DNA of 62,314 bases, counting the filler, from Globobulimina sp. (Eukaryota): NCBI GenBank assembly GCA_003354225.1. It is 15 parts of 15 records of this genome, joined end to end, with 100 filler letters (N's around TTAATTAATTAA, not from the genome) between each part and the next. Parts side by side here need not be neighbours in the genome. Positions count along the whole stretch, not along the records: positions 33,301 to 37,361 come from PIVH01001670.1; positions 37,462 to 41,522 come from PIVH01001671.1; positions 41,623 to 45,683 come from PIVH01001672.1; positions 45,784 to 49,843 come from PIVH01001673.1; 11 more parts are not named here. The stretch is one strand, 5' to 3'. The notes under the pieces are model-generated. The model was not told where the DNA came from and did not search any database. It saw nothing but the letters and a program-made list of their open reading frames with translations. Position numbers and translations under genes: made by a program. This document shows positions 36,579-49,943 of the stretch, piece by piece. Every line of letters starts with the position of its first letter. Positions within the stretch are counted from its first letter, which is position 1.

Positions 36579-37361
36579 ATGCAACTCACTACCTGTATAT
36601 TAACGATATATTGCCTGCTTTTATTAATATTTCCTACAAAGTGTCACTGGGATGGTCCCTTTAGAATCAGAGGAGTGGGATCTCATCGATGCCTTGATAT
36701 TTCTGGTGGTGTCGGTAGAAATGGTGCCAGACTCATAATACATGATTGTCATAACGGTGCAAATCAAAGATGGTATATAAACAAAAGGAGTCGTCAGTTT
36801 CGCATTGGTTCCAGAAACGGTAAATGTTTAGACATTCATGGCTCACATTATCATCACAGACGGAATGGCGCAAAACTTCAATCTTGGAGTTGCCATGGAG
36901 GCCAAAATCAAAAATTCCATGTTTCTGGAAAGCATATCAGAGCACAAGGCAGAATGAACGGTCGTTGTTTGGATGTATGGAGAGCTCAAAAAAGGAGAGG
37001 GGCAAAGGTTATATTATGGCCTTGCCATCGTGGATCAAACCAACAGTGGAGGTTAGAGCGTGTGGGCGGAGCTAAGAGAGGAGCGAGAGGCAGCAGAGGC
37101 CCGCGAGGAGCGAGAGGAGCCACAGGGGGCAGAGGGCAGAGAGGGAGGAGAGGGCCAAAGGGGAATAGCGGGGGAAGGGGAAACAGTGCTATTCCAATGT
37201 TTAAAGCTTTATTTAAGGGAATAAGGAAAACTGAAAGAAAGGCAAAGAAAGTAGGAAATAATGCTATGGGAATGGGCAGCGGGAGGGGTATACGTATGGG
37301 AATGCCAGGAATGATGGGAGGAATGGGTGGTATGATAATGCCAGGAATGATGGGAGGAATG
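36579..37361 (+). CDS. Secreted ricin-B (beta-trefoil) lectin with Gly-X-Y collagen-like segment and Met/Gly-rich tail, 3'-truncated
   Basis: Signal peptide; three CLD..G...C.GG.NQ.W subdomains; 12 consecutive G-X-Y triplets; MMGGM repeats. Confidence 0.88.
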
Positions 37362-37461
37362 NNNNNNNNNNNNNNNNNNNNNNNNNNNNNNNNNNNNNNN
37401 NNNNNTTAATTAATTAANNNNNNNNNNNNNNNNNNNNNNNNNNNNNNNNNNNNNNNNNNNN

Positions 37462-40400
37462 ATCCCAGTTCGAATCGGCGCGGTTCCGTAGGTTATGCAA
37501 TAACTTTTGATTATCGCCGTGCAACTGTGGCAACTGCACACTCTGCGCATCATTTTGCGTCTTACACTCACCGCGACCGAACTCCCCAGCCACTTGCAAC
37601 AGCATTGCTTCCTGTTTCGGCGCAATGTAACTCCCATTGGTGCGCTCTTGCAATTTGCTTAACAATTTATGATGTCTTCGATCCGCGGAGTTCCAGGCCT
37701 TGGCATCATCCGCCCATTTCTTGCGTTTTTTGTGTGTTTTTTGTTGCCGTTGATGCCATGCATCTAATACGGTATAGATTCGCTGGAAACAGTCCCTATC
37801 ATCCACCCAATTCGCACGTGCCGGTTTGCTATAAAATTCTAACAATGCATCGAAACAGAACGGGAATAAATTGCGGACAAATTCTACACCTTCGCGGGTT
37901 AACCGTTGCTTCTGTTTGGTTGAGACCATTATATCGCGCATTAATTGTTTTTTACGTCGCGCTGCCTTCAATGGGTCCACTTTAGGTTCAATAAAATGTT
38001 TATCTCGTTTTGAACCTCTACCTCTGCCACGGCCACGGCCACGACCACGGCCACGCCCTCTGCCTCTACCGCGACGACCTCTGCCTCGAGCACCAAAACC
38101 TCTGCCTCGACCACGACGGCCACGCCCTCTACCTCTGCCACGTTGTGTTGCTCGTATTGGACCGATACCATATCCAGATTCGCGATCGCTGTCATCGTCT
38201 ACAAATTCATCGTTCACATCTTCATCTTCAGCGTCATCATCGCCTTTAATATCCTGTTTTTCCTGCACCACATCCTCAAATTCTTCCTCTTCCTCCTCTT
38301 TGCTTTCAGGCAACCGATCCCATTCAGCAATTAACGGCTGTTTACTCGCCAAGTATTTCTGCAAAGCCTCGATTAACTGTCGCTGTGATTCCTCACTGAT
38401 TGTCACCCAATTTTCATACAAGCAATGTCTCGAAGACGCGGGTTTTATCTTCGATAACATCACCAAATAATAATCATACATCTCCTTCACCAATGTCAAG
38501 GATATGACCGCGTCTTTATCCGTTCTGTTGATCCTACGATTCTTTATATACTCCAATATGCTGCGTACTATGCTTGGCGCACTGAATGGTTTTTTTTGAA
38601 AGGACGTGTTATTGCCGCCAGCGCGAAAAAAGCCGTATCTCTCTCGAGCTGTGTTGGCGTAAAACCAATGAGAAATATCAATGGACACTAATTCATTCTG
38701 TTCAATGATAAACTGATACGCCATCAAATATTGCTCCATGGCACTTTTGGCCAAATTCCAGCCATACTCAGTCTGTACGCGTTTTTTATCCAAACATTCA
38801 TCCCATATCTCACTGATTATTTGTTCATACAAAGCCAACCATTCACTCAATCTGTTCCTAAATATACTGCAAAACGTAAAATTCTCCTTTTTGTTAATTA
38901 TCGCATCATTACGCTTTATCGCATAGTACATCGGTCTGCGTTCGTATAATATCTTCAATAATGCGTTCAAAACGTCATACCTCTCTTTGCTGCGGATTTT
39001 GCGCACATTGCGCATCACATGAAACGAGACAAAATAATCAAAGGCGTGCTGCGCGTGACATTCATGTGTAATAAACTGCTGTACCAACGAATAAATGCTC
39101 TCCAATGCGTTTTTTAACGGCCAGCGTCGCGAACGATACGTTTTATACTTAGCAGCCACGTCAATATTGATTGAATGTCGATAATTACCAAATTGTGAAT
39201 AGAATCCAGAGCGGGCATTGCCAAAACCGTCACATAATTGTTTAATTTTATCCTTTCCGCAGTAATAACCGCTACCTTCCTTTCCCCGGACGCGGGTCAT
39301 GAGATTTTCTAATTGTTTCGCAAATTGTTCCTCTTTGTGAGTGGGTTCCTGTCGCGTTTCATGCTCACATTTGACTTTCCAAAATTTTAACCCATCGTAG
39401 ATATCAACTGCTAACTTCTCCAATGCAGTCATGCGTTGTTGGAACGTATCGCGCCATTCATTGGACATGAATTTGTCCCATAATCTCTGCCAACGCGTCA
39501 ATAATAACGTTATAGACTCACTGTACCGGTTTGTACCTTCTTTTTTATTTCGTTTTGTATATAATTTGCTTAACCAATTAGTAGTCCATTGATTTAATAA
39601 CTCGATCCATCCCATTTGGTCATATAAATCCGCCTCGACCCCGCGCGGTTTCATCTGCTCCATCCAATCGTAGATAAAATTAATTAATTTCGCCATCTGT
39701 CCCGGACCACTGTATATATAGAAAGTGTATAAAAACGTTTTAAATTCACATATATAAATATATCAAGAAAACATGTACATACAATGAGAAAAACACAGAT
39801 TTCTTTGTTTTCGCGCGAGTGATTTGACAAATTAATAAGTGGCCAAATCCAACTTTGGTCTTCAACTTGCTGCCATATTGCAACTCACATACCGCACTCA
39901 ATGGATTTGTGTAAATATTATACGTCCACTTGCTCATATTTCGCCTACCAACCAACTCATGATACGGCCACAATAATTTCCTGTTGGACTTCGCTTTCGC
40001 AATCTCCATAATCGCGAAAATATGCTCCGGTTTGAAATCTTTCTGACACCATAACTTGCCGGGTATAGAATGTCGCAGCACACCGCGCAAATTGATCACC
40101 GTGGTTTCCTGTACAAACTGCAAAAACAAATCAGGATTTCGACGGGTAAAATAATTAAATCTGTCACGCACGAAGTCAGGAACGATCTTTTTGATCCGTA
40201 TATCGTTAAACGTCTTCAATTCATGCCCGTTCGCTGCAATTTCTTTCTCAAACTCCCTCTTTTCTTTGTACGTCAAGCACGGATCAATGACACTGTGCGG
40301 ATACTTTAATACCAATTGCCACAAAGCTTTACTTTGATAAGTATTGGTTTGCAGCATCTCCTCCCAGGCTCGCAACCGGTTCTTTTTATAATCGCTGTTC

Positions 40401-41128
40401 TTGTCGCGTTTGGTCCAAATCGTGTAGATGGCGTTGTATTTGCCCCAAGTCAGCGTTGCTTGATCCAATTGATCGCTCATCATTTGTATAATCATTGCTT
40501 GATGGAAACGAAATAATTTATCCCAACGTAGCGATTTATGCTGGAAAATATTTTTAAAATTCAAGCTTTCGCGCACTTTTTCAGAGCTGCAGCCATGGAG
40601 AAAGTCAACGATATAATCGACACCGGCGATTTTTCGCATCTCTTCACATAAAATGTCTAATGCCGCGGTGCGTTTTTCTTTGATTAAACAGTGGATAATC
40701 TTTTTTTGGACAGCGGGAGGGACGGATTTCACCACAGCAACGATTTCATCATCGTTTGGTTGTTGCTTTACGAAATGTTTAATGACATATTTCTTGAAAA
40801 ATTTCGATTGAGATTGAACTTCTTGTTTTAATGTGGCGACGTGTTTTTTTGTTGAGACCAACGCGGTTAAAGCGATTTGATGCTGGTGGTAATATTTGGA
40901 TACATTTCGTTGCTGCGGTTCTAATATTTTGCAGAGGCCTTCATCTAATTCTACGTTGGGTACTGGGGGAGGGGGATTCTCGCGTAATTGCTGGATTAAG
41001 TCGTCGGCATTGGCACATTTACGACCAATGTCGGCACCGTACTTCAAGCGCTGTTTAAATGTTAATGTGGATATTTTCTCTAATATCTCTTTGGTGTCCT
41101 TTGGTGCTGCAAATTGTACTTCTTGCAT
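37462..41128 (-). CDS. Large hypothetical helical protein with acidic tract and RG-dipeptide run; intron 39710-39782; 3'-truncated
   Basis: A GTATGT..CAG intron joins the two long ORFs in frame (KKSVFFSF|GPGQMAK). More than 1190 codons. Confidence 0.7.
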
Positions 41129-41278
41129 GATTGGATATTTATATACGTATCCAAATGCAAATGCAAGTTCGTTTTTGTTGCTTTTGTAAAGTGCAAGGTT
41201 AAGTGTATAAGGAATGGCAAAAAATGAGGCAAAATTAGAGTTTTGTTTTAAAGGCAAGTGAAGTGTGCATGTTAATTA

Positions 41279-41522
41279 TTATAAAGATGGATTTTGTTTT
41301 GTAAAGTTGTTTACAATATGCTGACTTGGTTGGAATTCAGGTGCGGAGAGAGTCATTCTTTTGGATGATAATCTTCTGGCACGATCTAACCAAAAATCCG
41401 TTTCTGATAAGTTTACGACCATTCTTGACAAATCAAATGAATCGGCGTGTGTTAATCTTGCTAGTTTTGCATCTTCAAATTGTGTATCTTCGACTATCAC
41501 TAATATCGATGATATCTCATCA
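41279..41522 (-). CDS. C-terminal fragment with PAM2-like motif
   Basis: Open from the contig edge; MTLSAPEFQP resembles PAM2. Confidence 0.35.
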
Positions 41523-41622
41523 NNNNNNNNNNNNNNNNNNNNNNNNNNNNNNNNNNNNNNNNNNNNTTAATTAATTAANNNNNNNNNNNNNNNNNNNNNN
41601 NNNNNNNNNNNNNNNNNNNNNN

Positions 41623-42260
41623 GTATAACCTCTTTTTGTGTGACAATTTCATCATTATCTACATAACAAATTCCTTTTGGATCTAAACATTGACCAAAAA
41701 CTTTAGCTTCCTCAATGTTTAATTTATTTGGTGCTCTTCCAACAGGAATGTTAACCAAATACACATCGATCCCAATTCTATCCAACAATGCCTTGCTATC
41801 TTGACATATTTTATTTGAATCATCCATACAGTTTGATATTATTACCATTCTTTTAATATTTTCTCTTTCTCCAAACACACTTAATTCATTCACAGAAACT
41901 TGTATCGCTGAATATAAATCAGTGTCGCCATGCGAATTTGTGCCACAATTTATATTTCCAAATCTAACCTCCCTCATAATATTAACTACATCATCTTGGA
42001 AATATGCTTCATTTAAAGGTATCCCAATATGTACATTCTCATTGAATTCAATGTATGTTAGTCTGGTTCTCGGGTCATTACTTTTTAGATTGAATATTAA
42101 ATGAGATACCATGTCCAATATATGTTGGCAAGACATAGAATCAACACCGCACGAATTATCCACTAATATCGCATATTCATAAATATTATCATCTCCATTA
42201 CATACTGTTTTTCCATCATGTAAACTATTTTTTGCTTTATTTGATTTACAAAGTGTATAT
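41623..42260 (-). CDS. von Willebrand A-like domain protein fragment
   Basis: YAILVDNSCG (degenerate MIDAS), TRLTYIEF, GDTDLYSAI, RMVIISN and GIDVYLVNI. Confidence 0.6.
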
Positions 42261-42436
42261 CGTAGCAACAATAGATAAGCTGTTCCATTTTGTTATAACG
42301 ATATGAGTTTATGTGAATATGTAGAGCCACACAGTCGGCACACACCTACACAGAAGCTACCGAATGACGACAGCATCGAATATTGTTGTTGTTTTTGTCC
42401 AGTGTTTTCCACTTAAAACCTCGACTTTGTTAGCTA

Positions 42437-45400
42437 ATGTCGTCGATAAACTCAAAAACCAAACAAAAACAAAAAGAAGAGGCAACTACATGGGACAGTG
42501 ATATTGAAGTTAGCAGCGATGATGACATTAAATCCAATGACAGTGATGACAAATCAACAAAAACAAAAACAAAATCAAATACACCTCTACCACAAGCACC
42601 ACCCACTACGAATGACACAAATAATGACGATAGCAAAGAAAAAGAAACAGAAAAAAAGAAAACGAACTCCCCGTCACATTTAAAATTATCATTATTAGAC
42701 AATTACAGTCACAGTAAAATGTATAATAAAATACGAAAACGACGGGTACAAAAAAAATTAAACAACGACGACTTAAATGATATGCATATGGACAATATCC
42801 GCATAGAAAAAGCAGATTCCCTGACCCCAACAAAAAAACTCACCATTAATGATCTTAGATCGCATCGCATTTTGTATGAAATGAACAGCTACGAATGTAA
42901 ATGGTATTGGATTGATAGTCTACCCACTGACGACAGCAATGATTATCAATGGATTCAACACCATTCCAATATCAATTTATTTAACGCCGTCGACGAAGAA
43001 AAACAACCACAAAATGATGTGTTACAATGTGGTGAATATAGAGATATCGCACAAGAAATAAATGATAACAATTCAATCCAAGTCATATCAGTGCCAGATT
43101 TTGATCATACTTTGAACGAATTGCGTAAATCTGTGATAAATTCGCCACTATTTCCAGAGTTAGGCTGTATGGGATATTGTAAAGAATTTTACGTTACGTT
43201 ATGTGACTGGAATGCCGAAGGCGTATTATCCATAAAATATGTCTCTGACGAGTCGCAAAGACAAATATCTGAATCCAAATCGCGCAAAACCTGCAATGGA
43301 TATTGGCAAAAATTACGATATCAAATGTCAGTCTCAAGCAATGGCAAATATATCGCCATATTATTTGATAGATTTTGTGTGATTCGTAGCTATAAAAACC
43401 GTTTTTACTCAGATTTGTATAGTATTAAATTACCATTCTCCTTCTGGCAATATACACAATTTAGATTTATAAAATGGAGCAAGAATAATGAATTATTAGC
43501 CATCTCCTCGTATAATGCCAATATTATTATCTATGACAATAAATGTAATCACATCTTAGCCTTTAATGCAAATAATGCAAATATGTCAATATCCGGTTTA
43601 ATTTGGCGCAAATATATCGATATCGCAGTGGCAGATAAGAAAAGCCAAAGTGCAGCGAATTATTGCTTAGAATTAATAATATTATTTGACAGTGGCGAAT
43701 TGCATCGCAGGTCCTTTGATATCGCAGCTACGACATTGGAAGTGCTGAATTTTGATAAACAAACACGGATTACAACCATTCAATATCCGCATGGAAGAAT
43801 CTGTAAATGGATCTATGATGGGATTGATTATTATGATGGCGATGGTAATGGCAAACGTAGCTATATGGCCGTTAGTTGTTTGCCATTGAAATTGTTAGAC
43901 ACAAAACCGCGACAATCACGGCTTGGCCATGGATTGATGTTGTTGCAATTCGAAGGGATGAGTTGCCGCGTCATTGCCCATTATAACTCGCGTATTCCCT
44001 CCAATTCATATTTTAGTGTAGATTCGGTATGTTTTACTATGGCGGATCGCAGAGCGAAATTATACGGACGACATGTTCATATCAGTCCGGATGGGAAACA
44101 TGTTTTGTGTCTGGATTTGAGGGGAAATATGGAATTATTTGACGACAATTTGCAATTAGTAGCCAAGGTAGGCAATGCACGTGAAATGTCGTATGGTTCA
44201 TATCCATCACAATCGAGGATATTTTGCATGAAATGGTGGGATAACGACAGTGTTATCATATTATTTTGTAACAACACATTTTGCATCACACCGCTAATAT
44301 GCATCAAACATTATAATCAAAGAGATATGAAATGGAGTCTGAATTATTTGGGACAATCACGGGAACAGTTATATGGTTTACCCATTATATCCAACACGGT
44401 GCCCATTGCAGGCGAAGAGGAGCAGAATTCCAATGCCATGTTTTTTATTTTGGAGATATCGGAAACGTATTTGCGTCGAACTGACGATCAACATTTAAAA
44501 TATGTGGCAGCTGCCACTAATGACATTGATAGGAAACAAAATGAGATCTATGGATATCGGAAATATAGAAATATATCATTGGCAACGTTTTGCTCTATTA
44601 CTGCAGCACAACTGTTTGAGAAATATCTGGAGAATGATAAATATGACAAAGCATTGCAAATTGCAGATATGTTTAAGTTGAAAACGGATAAAGCGTATCA
44701 ATCACAGTTTAATTTCTTGATAAAGCAATATAACAATGACCATAATGATAATCAACAGCAGCAACAGCCAGAAAATAATAATCAACAGCAACAAAGTGAT
44801 TTATTTGCGATATTGGAGAAAATGGAGGATGAGTTATGGATAATTGACAGTTTACTGTCAGTTTGGATTTGTGATTTTAATATTTTGGACGCATTGTTGT
44901 ATTATGGCATAAGTTTAATGGAAAAGTCCGAGAGATTACGTGGTTTACGGCCGCATGGATTTAGTCAGTTTTTAAAATATAGAGAGCGCGCAATGAGTTT
45001 AAAGCGTATACGTAGTATTGAGGAGTGTTTTGATTATGATTATGTGGCATTTCGTGATGCGAATATTATTGAGATTGGCTATGAGTTGGCTTCCAAAGAT
45101 TTATTGGCTGCGTTGGCGGTGATATTTAAATATCATTGGCATGAGATCGAGAAAGAAGATCGTTTGCGTATTTTATCCTATATTCCATTAAGTATTCATC
45201 CAAAGTTATATTTTAATATTTTACCGTGTACTGATGCGGCAATATGGGAAACTGATCGATGGTTTGCCAAAGAATTTGGTTTAGCTGCCAATGATATGGA
45301 CGATGAGAAGCGTGATACATTGGATAGGGATCAGATTGTTGATTGGTATAAGAAACGTATTTATGATATTGAAAAAATGACAGGAAATGTGGAAAATGCA

Positions 45401-45683
45401 TTGATTTTGTGTAATTTTGCGGTGTCAAACCAAAAGATATTTGAATTGAAATGTTTATTAGAAATATTATTATTGTTTCATAAAATTGTATATGAATATA
45501 ATGCGGATTGTAATATGTCGTTATTAGAGTTTGAATCTATGGATTCGTCACAAAAATTATTATTTGTGTTAAGGAATTCAGATTATACAAATATTATAAA
45601 TCATATTCATCAAAGAGCAGAATATTTTGTATCCGAAAGAGATTTATCAATGGTTTTATTAGATTTATGTCCAAAATTAAGTG
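42437..45683 (+). CDS. NBAS: NBAS/NAG (Sec39-domain, NRZ tether) homologue, 3'-truncated
   Basis: Beta-propeller QFRFIKWS..ELLAIS; RLRILSYIP..IHP..Y..ILP; VDWYKKR..IE..TG.VENAL. Confidence 0.82.
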
Positions 45684-45783
45684 NNNNNNNNNNNNNNNNN
45701 NNNNNNNNNNNNNNNNNNNNNNNNNNNTTAATTAATTAANNNNNNNNNNNNNNNNNNNNNNNNNNNNNNNNNNNNNNNNNNNN

Positions 45784-48700
45784 TTTTTTCGTAGAAAGGC
45801 TACATTGCAGAAATTCATCGTCGGATAAAATAAATCCCCCCATCATTGATAATAATTCACGTAACATTTTGTCATATTTCAATGCTACGATAATGCTTAT
45901 TTCTGGCGGCAATGAGTTGAACCAATATGCCATCCGCGAAATGTTGATGTAATCCTTCATTATTTTGCATTGCAAATGGGATATATCTAAACCTGCGATG
46001 CGATTAACACTTTTCTTGATATTTGCAATCTTCACTTCCATCTTTTTAATGACATATTCTTCAGTTCCAATGGGAATGTTTAAACACTCCGAGTTTCCAT
46101 TTTCATTGATTTTGAATAGCTTCAGATCGTCGGATAAGAGGTTCCAAATCATCTCCTTCGAGCCACCGCACGTAATCACGCTTTTAGATTCATTTAAAAT
46201 GAAACCAAAGACGGGTCCAAGTAACTTAATGACTTTAATAAAAATATTCGCGTCGGCAATCGTCATCAATTCGAATGTATCATCAACGTACCCGGCTTCG
46301 CCTCGTTTTGCGAAGTCAGGTTTAATCTCTTTGCATTTCTGCAGTACCAATTCATTGAAATGCTTCGAAACCACTGCAGTTATGGTATTCGAAGAGGTGC
46401 TGCCTTGTCCGAGACCTTCTTCATTCGCTAACCATTCATCATTGTTCATGTAAATATAATATGGTTTATGGTATAGTTGGAAGGCTTGCTCGTACATTGT
46501 CGGCACGACTTTGTGGATTAAGTCCAATGTAATTTTGCGGCTGACGTTGTTAAAGAAGTTGCTCCAATCTTTCTGGAGTAGGATGTATTCGGGGTTCTTG
46601 ATAATAAATTTCAAGGCGCCTTCAAACGCCATCACCATTCCTTGCGCTCCGGACTTATCTGCACTTATTTGCGTGGTCTCAATCGCATTTTTAATTTGCG
46701 GAGCTGCCAAATCCTGCCCTATCATCGTAGAAATAGTGACCAATGAATTGTTAATAATAATCGGTCGGATATCGTAGAACTGGCCGTTTTTCATTTTATT
46801 CGCCGGCACCAGTTTCCCTCCATTTATATATGGGGCCACATCATCGTTCATTTGTCCATTAATCAACATTTTAAATAACGCTTCGAATGCGTCGACTAGT
46901 TCGGTGCCGGCCTTTTGTTTCCAGAGCTGAATGATGTGATTGTTAGAAAGACCAATGATTCCCGGCGCTGAGCAGTCGTTCAATTTGTTTATGAATTTAT
47001 CTATGACTTCTGTTTCAATCTTGGGTGTGTAGTGTTGGGCTGTTGTTGTCTTTTTCGCTACGATTTGTCCGGTCGGGAATTTTGATTTAAGTATTTTCAT
47101 TTTTTCGGGGTCGCGCAGGTCCGCAATGCCATTGCTGTTGATATAATTTAGTGCGTCGCGCGTATGACCCTTCGATACTAATTTCTTAATTTTCGATTTC
47201 ATTTTGCCGGATATGACACCGTTGTTGTTCACTGCGGCTTTATTTGAGTATGGATGCGATGTCGGCTTCAAATCTTTCATCATTTCGTAGAACATCGGAA
47301 TGATCTCATGATTCGCGATCCGATCCATCCGTTTCTTCAATGTATTATAGTTTCGTTTATTATTACCTCGGCCGCCTCGCTTAAACTTAGCTAGGCCGAC
47401 ACGGGCAAATAACGCCAATTCTGTCCATGAAATAATGTCATTTTTGTTGATCACGTTGCGAATTAAATAGACGAATGTTTTGATGACTAATTTGCTGAAA
47501 CGGATCGGTATGTTTTCAATCCATTGTAGTTTGCTGAAAAATATGCTGTTAAATGTTGGAATTGCTGCACTTTGCGTCGCTGACGTCGTTGAGATATGCA
47601 TTTTTTCTTCGTTTTGATTACGTGGCGACATCTCAATGTCATTCAGATCTGCTATCGACGGCTGATTTAATTGATTAAATGTGTCATAAGTCAGCTTTTT
47701 GGTGCATTCTGCACAGAAACCATTCGCGTCAGTTACGTCTAAAATCGATACGCAACATTCAGTTTCGCACAATTTCTCTTTAAAGACGCTGAAGTATGCT
47801 GTGTTTGCGTGGTCTGCTGCTCCGAGTTTCGAAATAATATGCTTTGTCAATGTCGAGCGTCGCAGCCAGTGCTTTCTATGTGCTTCGCATGACGCGATGT
47901 CACATTTATACGTATTACGGCAACCATTTAATTGTATACATTCTGCACAGTGCCAATTGTTAAAAAAGCGCATTGATTTTGCATCGGAAACGATTTCATC
48001 GATTTTAAAGGTGTTCTGGCATTCGGCACATTGAATGGTTTGCGTTGCCGTGTCAGCCATATCGTCCTTCGATGCATTTGCTACTTTGGGCGCTGTGTCA
48101 GTCTCCAATTCGTGCGGAATTGGTTGCGGTTTATCTATCTTCTGTGTTGGTAATATTTCATTGTTTAATTGTCCTAATTTGCCTACCATGCCACCATCGA
48201 TCTTCCCACTTTCTATCCGTTGCTCCCCCGCGTCCGTAATGTTTAATCCATTGATTACTAAATCATCGTCGTCCTCGCTCACGACGTCGACGGTTATTTC
48301 CGGTTTCCTCACCTTTTTGTTTACTGTCCTCCGTTTTTTCTGCACTAATAAGTTGTCACTGTCATCATTTTCTTGTGTGACTATGGCGCCATATTTGCGT
48401 TTCCGTCGCTGTTTGACTCGATATGCAATGTTATTCGATGAATTATCAATTTTTGGGCGGTCTTCATCAAACCATATGTCTGTCTGCGTAGGTTCTAATG
48501 TGTTGGAGGTGCAGTCGTATTGTATCTTTGATTTGAAATAAAGCTGTTTATGATGTTCATTTTCGAATTTTGGAGGCGTTTCCCAGTCAGTTGTAAGACT
48601 GAAATGCTTTTCGTTGCGGGCCTCATATTGCATAAATGTTTCATTTTTTTGTGTGCTAAATGTGTTTGTCAATGATTTACGATCAAATCTAAACTCATTC

Positions 48701-48939
48701 AGCACATTTTTGGGGTTATCGGATGTTTCTGACTGTGTTGTACCGGCATTCAATTTGAATGTCTTACGCGTACTGTTTACTTTTGTTTTATTTATTTGAT
48801 TGCATTTAGATACAATGTCATCATTGTTGTTATTATGCACTTCCTCGCATGTAATGTTATTGGTGTTTTGGTGTTTGTTTTTGGTCTGTGTCATTTGCTT
48901 GTTTTTAATGAGGGGTTGTTTGGGTGTTTGATGCTTCAT
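45784..48939 (-). mobile_element. CRE-clade-like non-LTR retrotransposon ORF (Zn fingers + RT), 3'-truncated
   Basis: SAPGIIGL, GGKLVPANK, DIRPI, KDWSNFFNNVSR, EGLGQG, YVDD, GPVFGFILNESKS and LNIPIG. N-terminal C2H2/Cys clusters; no APE domain. Confidence 0.88.
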
Positions 48940-49448
48940 TGGTGTATGAAATCTGGATAGATATTATATTGTACTGTATTTGCTTGTGTCCAATCAATAT
49001 AATCGAAATAGATACAGTCGCAGTCTTCAATAAATCTGCTACAACTACGACACGAAGGAACGTATATACTATTCCACACTCCAAAGGATATTTCGTTGTC
49101 GATGTAATAACAGATCTCTTCGTGCGGTGGCTGGTAACAATGACCTTCTACCGTCGAATCGATAATGTATTGAGTAATGTGATCAGCAAATTGTCGACGA
49201 TTATGATTCTCAGCGACAAGTAATGCGCGGGTCTCTTCGTACGACTCAATAGAACGCTGAACGCTAAGTTCGTTGTCTATTGGTATGTATTGTACGATTT
49301 CGATTGCTAATACTAAGTCTATTGGCGAATACAATGTTAATGCTGCAATTTCAAATTGATATTCTTCGATTATGCACTCGATGTGAGTGTTATGGCTCGT
49401 ATTATCCAGTTTGTCTATATTTGCTTTTAAAAATGTGGCGAGGGTATG
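48936..49448 (-). CDS. Upstream ORF of retroelement (no AUG; stop overlaps RT start as ATGA)
   Basis: Frame open from ~49450 to the TGA at 48936. Aligns with the uORF at 49944-50336. Confidence 0.55.
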   Translation of the reverse strand, partial: HTLATFLKANIDKLDNTSHNTHIECIIEEYQFEIAALTLYSPIDLVLAIEIVQYIPIDNELSVQRSIESYEETRALLVAENHNRRQFADHITQYIIDSTVEGHCYQPPHEEICYYIDNEISFGVWNSIYVPSCRSCSRFIEDCDCIYFDYIDWTQANTVQYNIYPDFIHQ

Positions 49449-49943
49449 TTCTTAGTGAAAGTTAGTGAAAGTAAAGTTAGTAAAGTTATATCGACGTGTT
49501 TCACCGACGTGTTTCACAAATTTCCAATCGATGAACTTAAATTGTGGCTAGATAGTGATGGTGATGAAGAATTAGAGATATCGAAAGCAACGTCGTGTAT
49601 GATTAGTAACTTAGTAAGATATAGAATGTGTGTAAGTACATATATCGAAAGGTATGAAGAAGCGAATGTATCAAAAGTCTATATAAAAAAAGGAATCCAT
49701 CCTGATCAAGATCCAGCCGTCGGCGCAGCAACGTTTACTGCGTTGATTGATACAATGCAGGAAAGTGAATTAATAAAGGAGTCAAAAATTGATAATAAAG
49801 GCAAATATAGCGACAGAGTTGATATTGACAGTGTTGATATTGANNNNNNNNNNNNNNNNNNNNNNNNNNNNNNNNNNNNNNNNNNNNTTAATTAATTAAN
49901 NNNNNNNNNNNNNNNNNNNNNNNNNNNNNNNNNNNNNNNNNNN

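Noticed and set aside
37871-38470. Plus-strand PR-repeat ORF
   Set aside because: Antisense shadow of the RG tract in the minus-strand gene.
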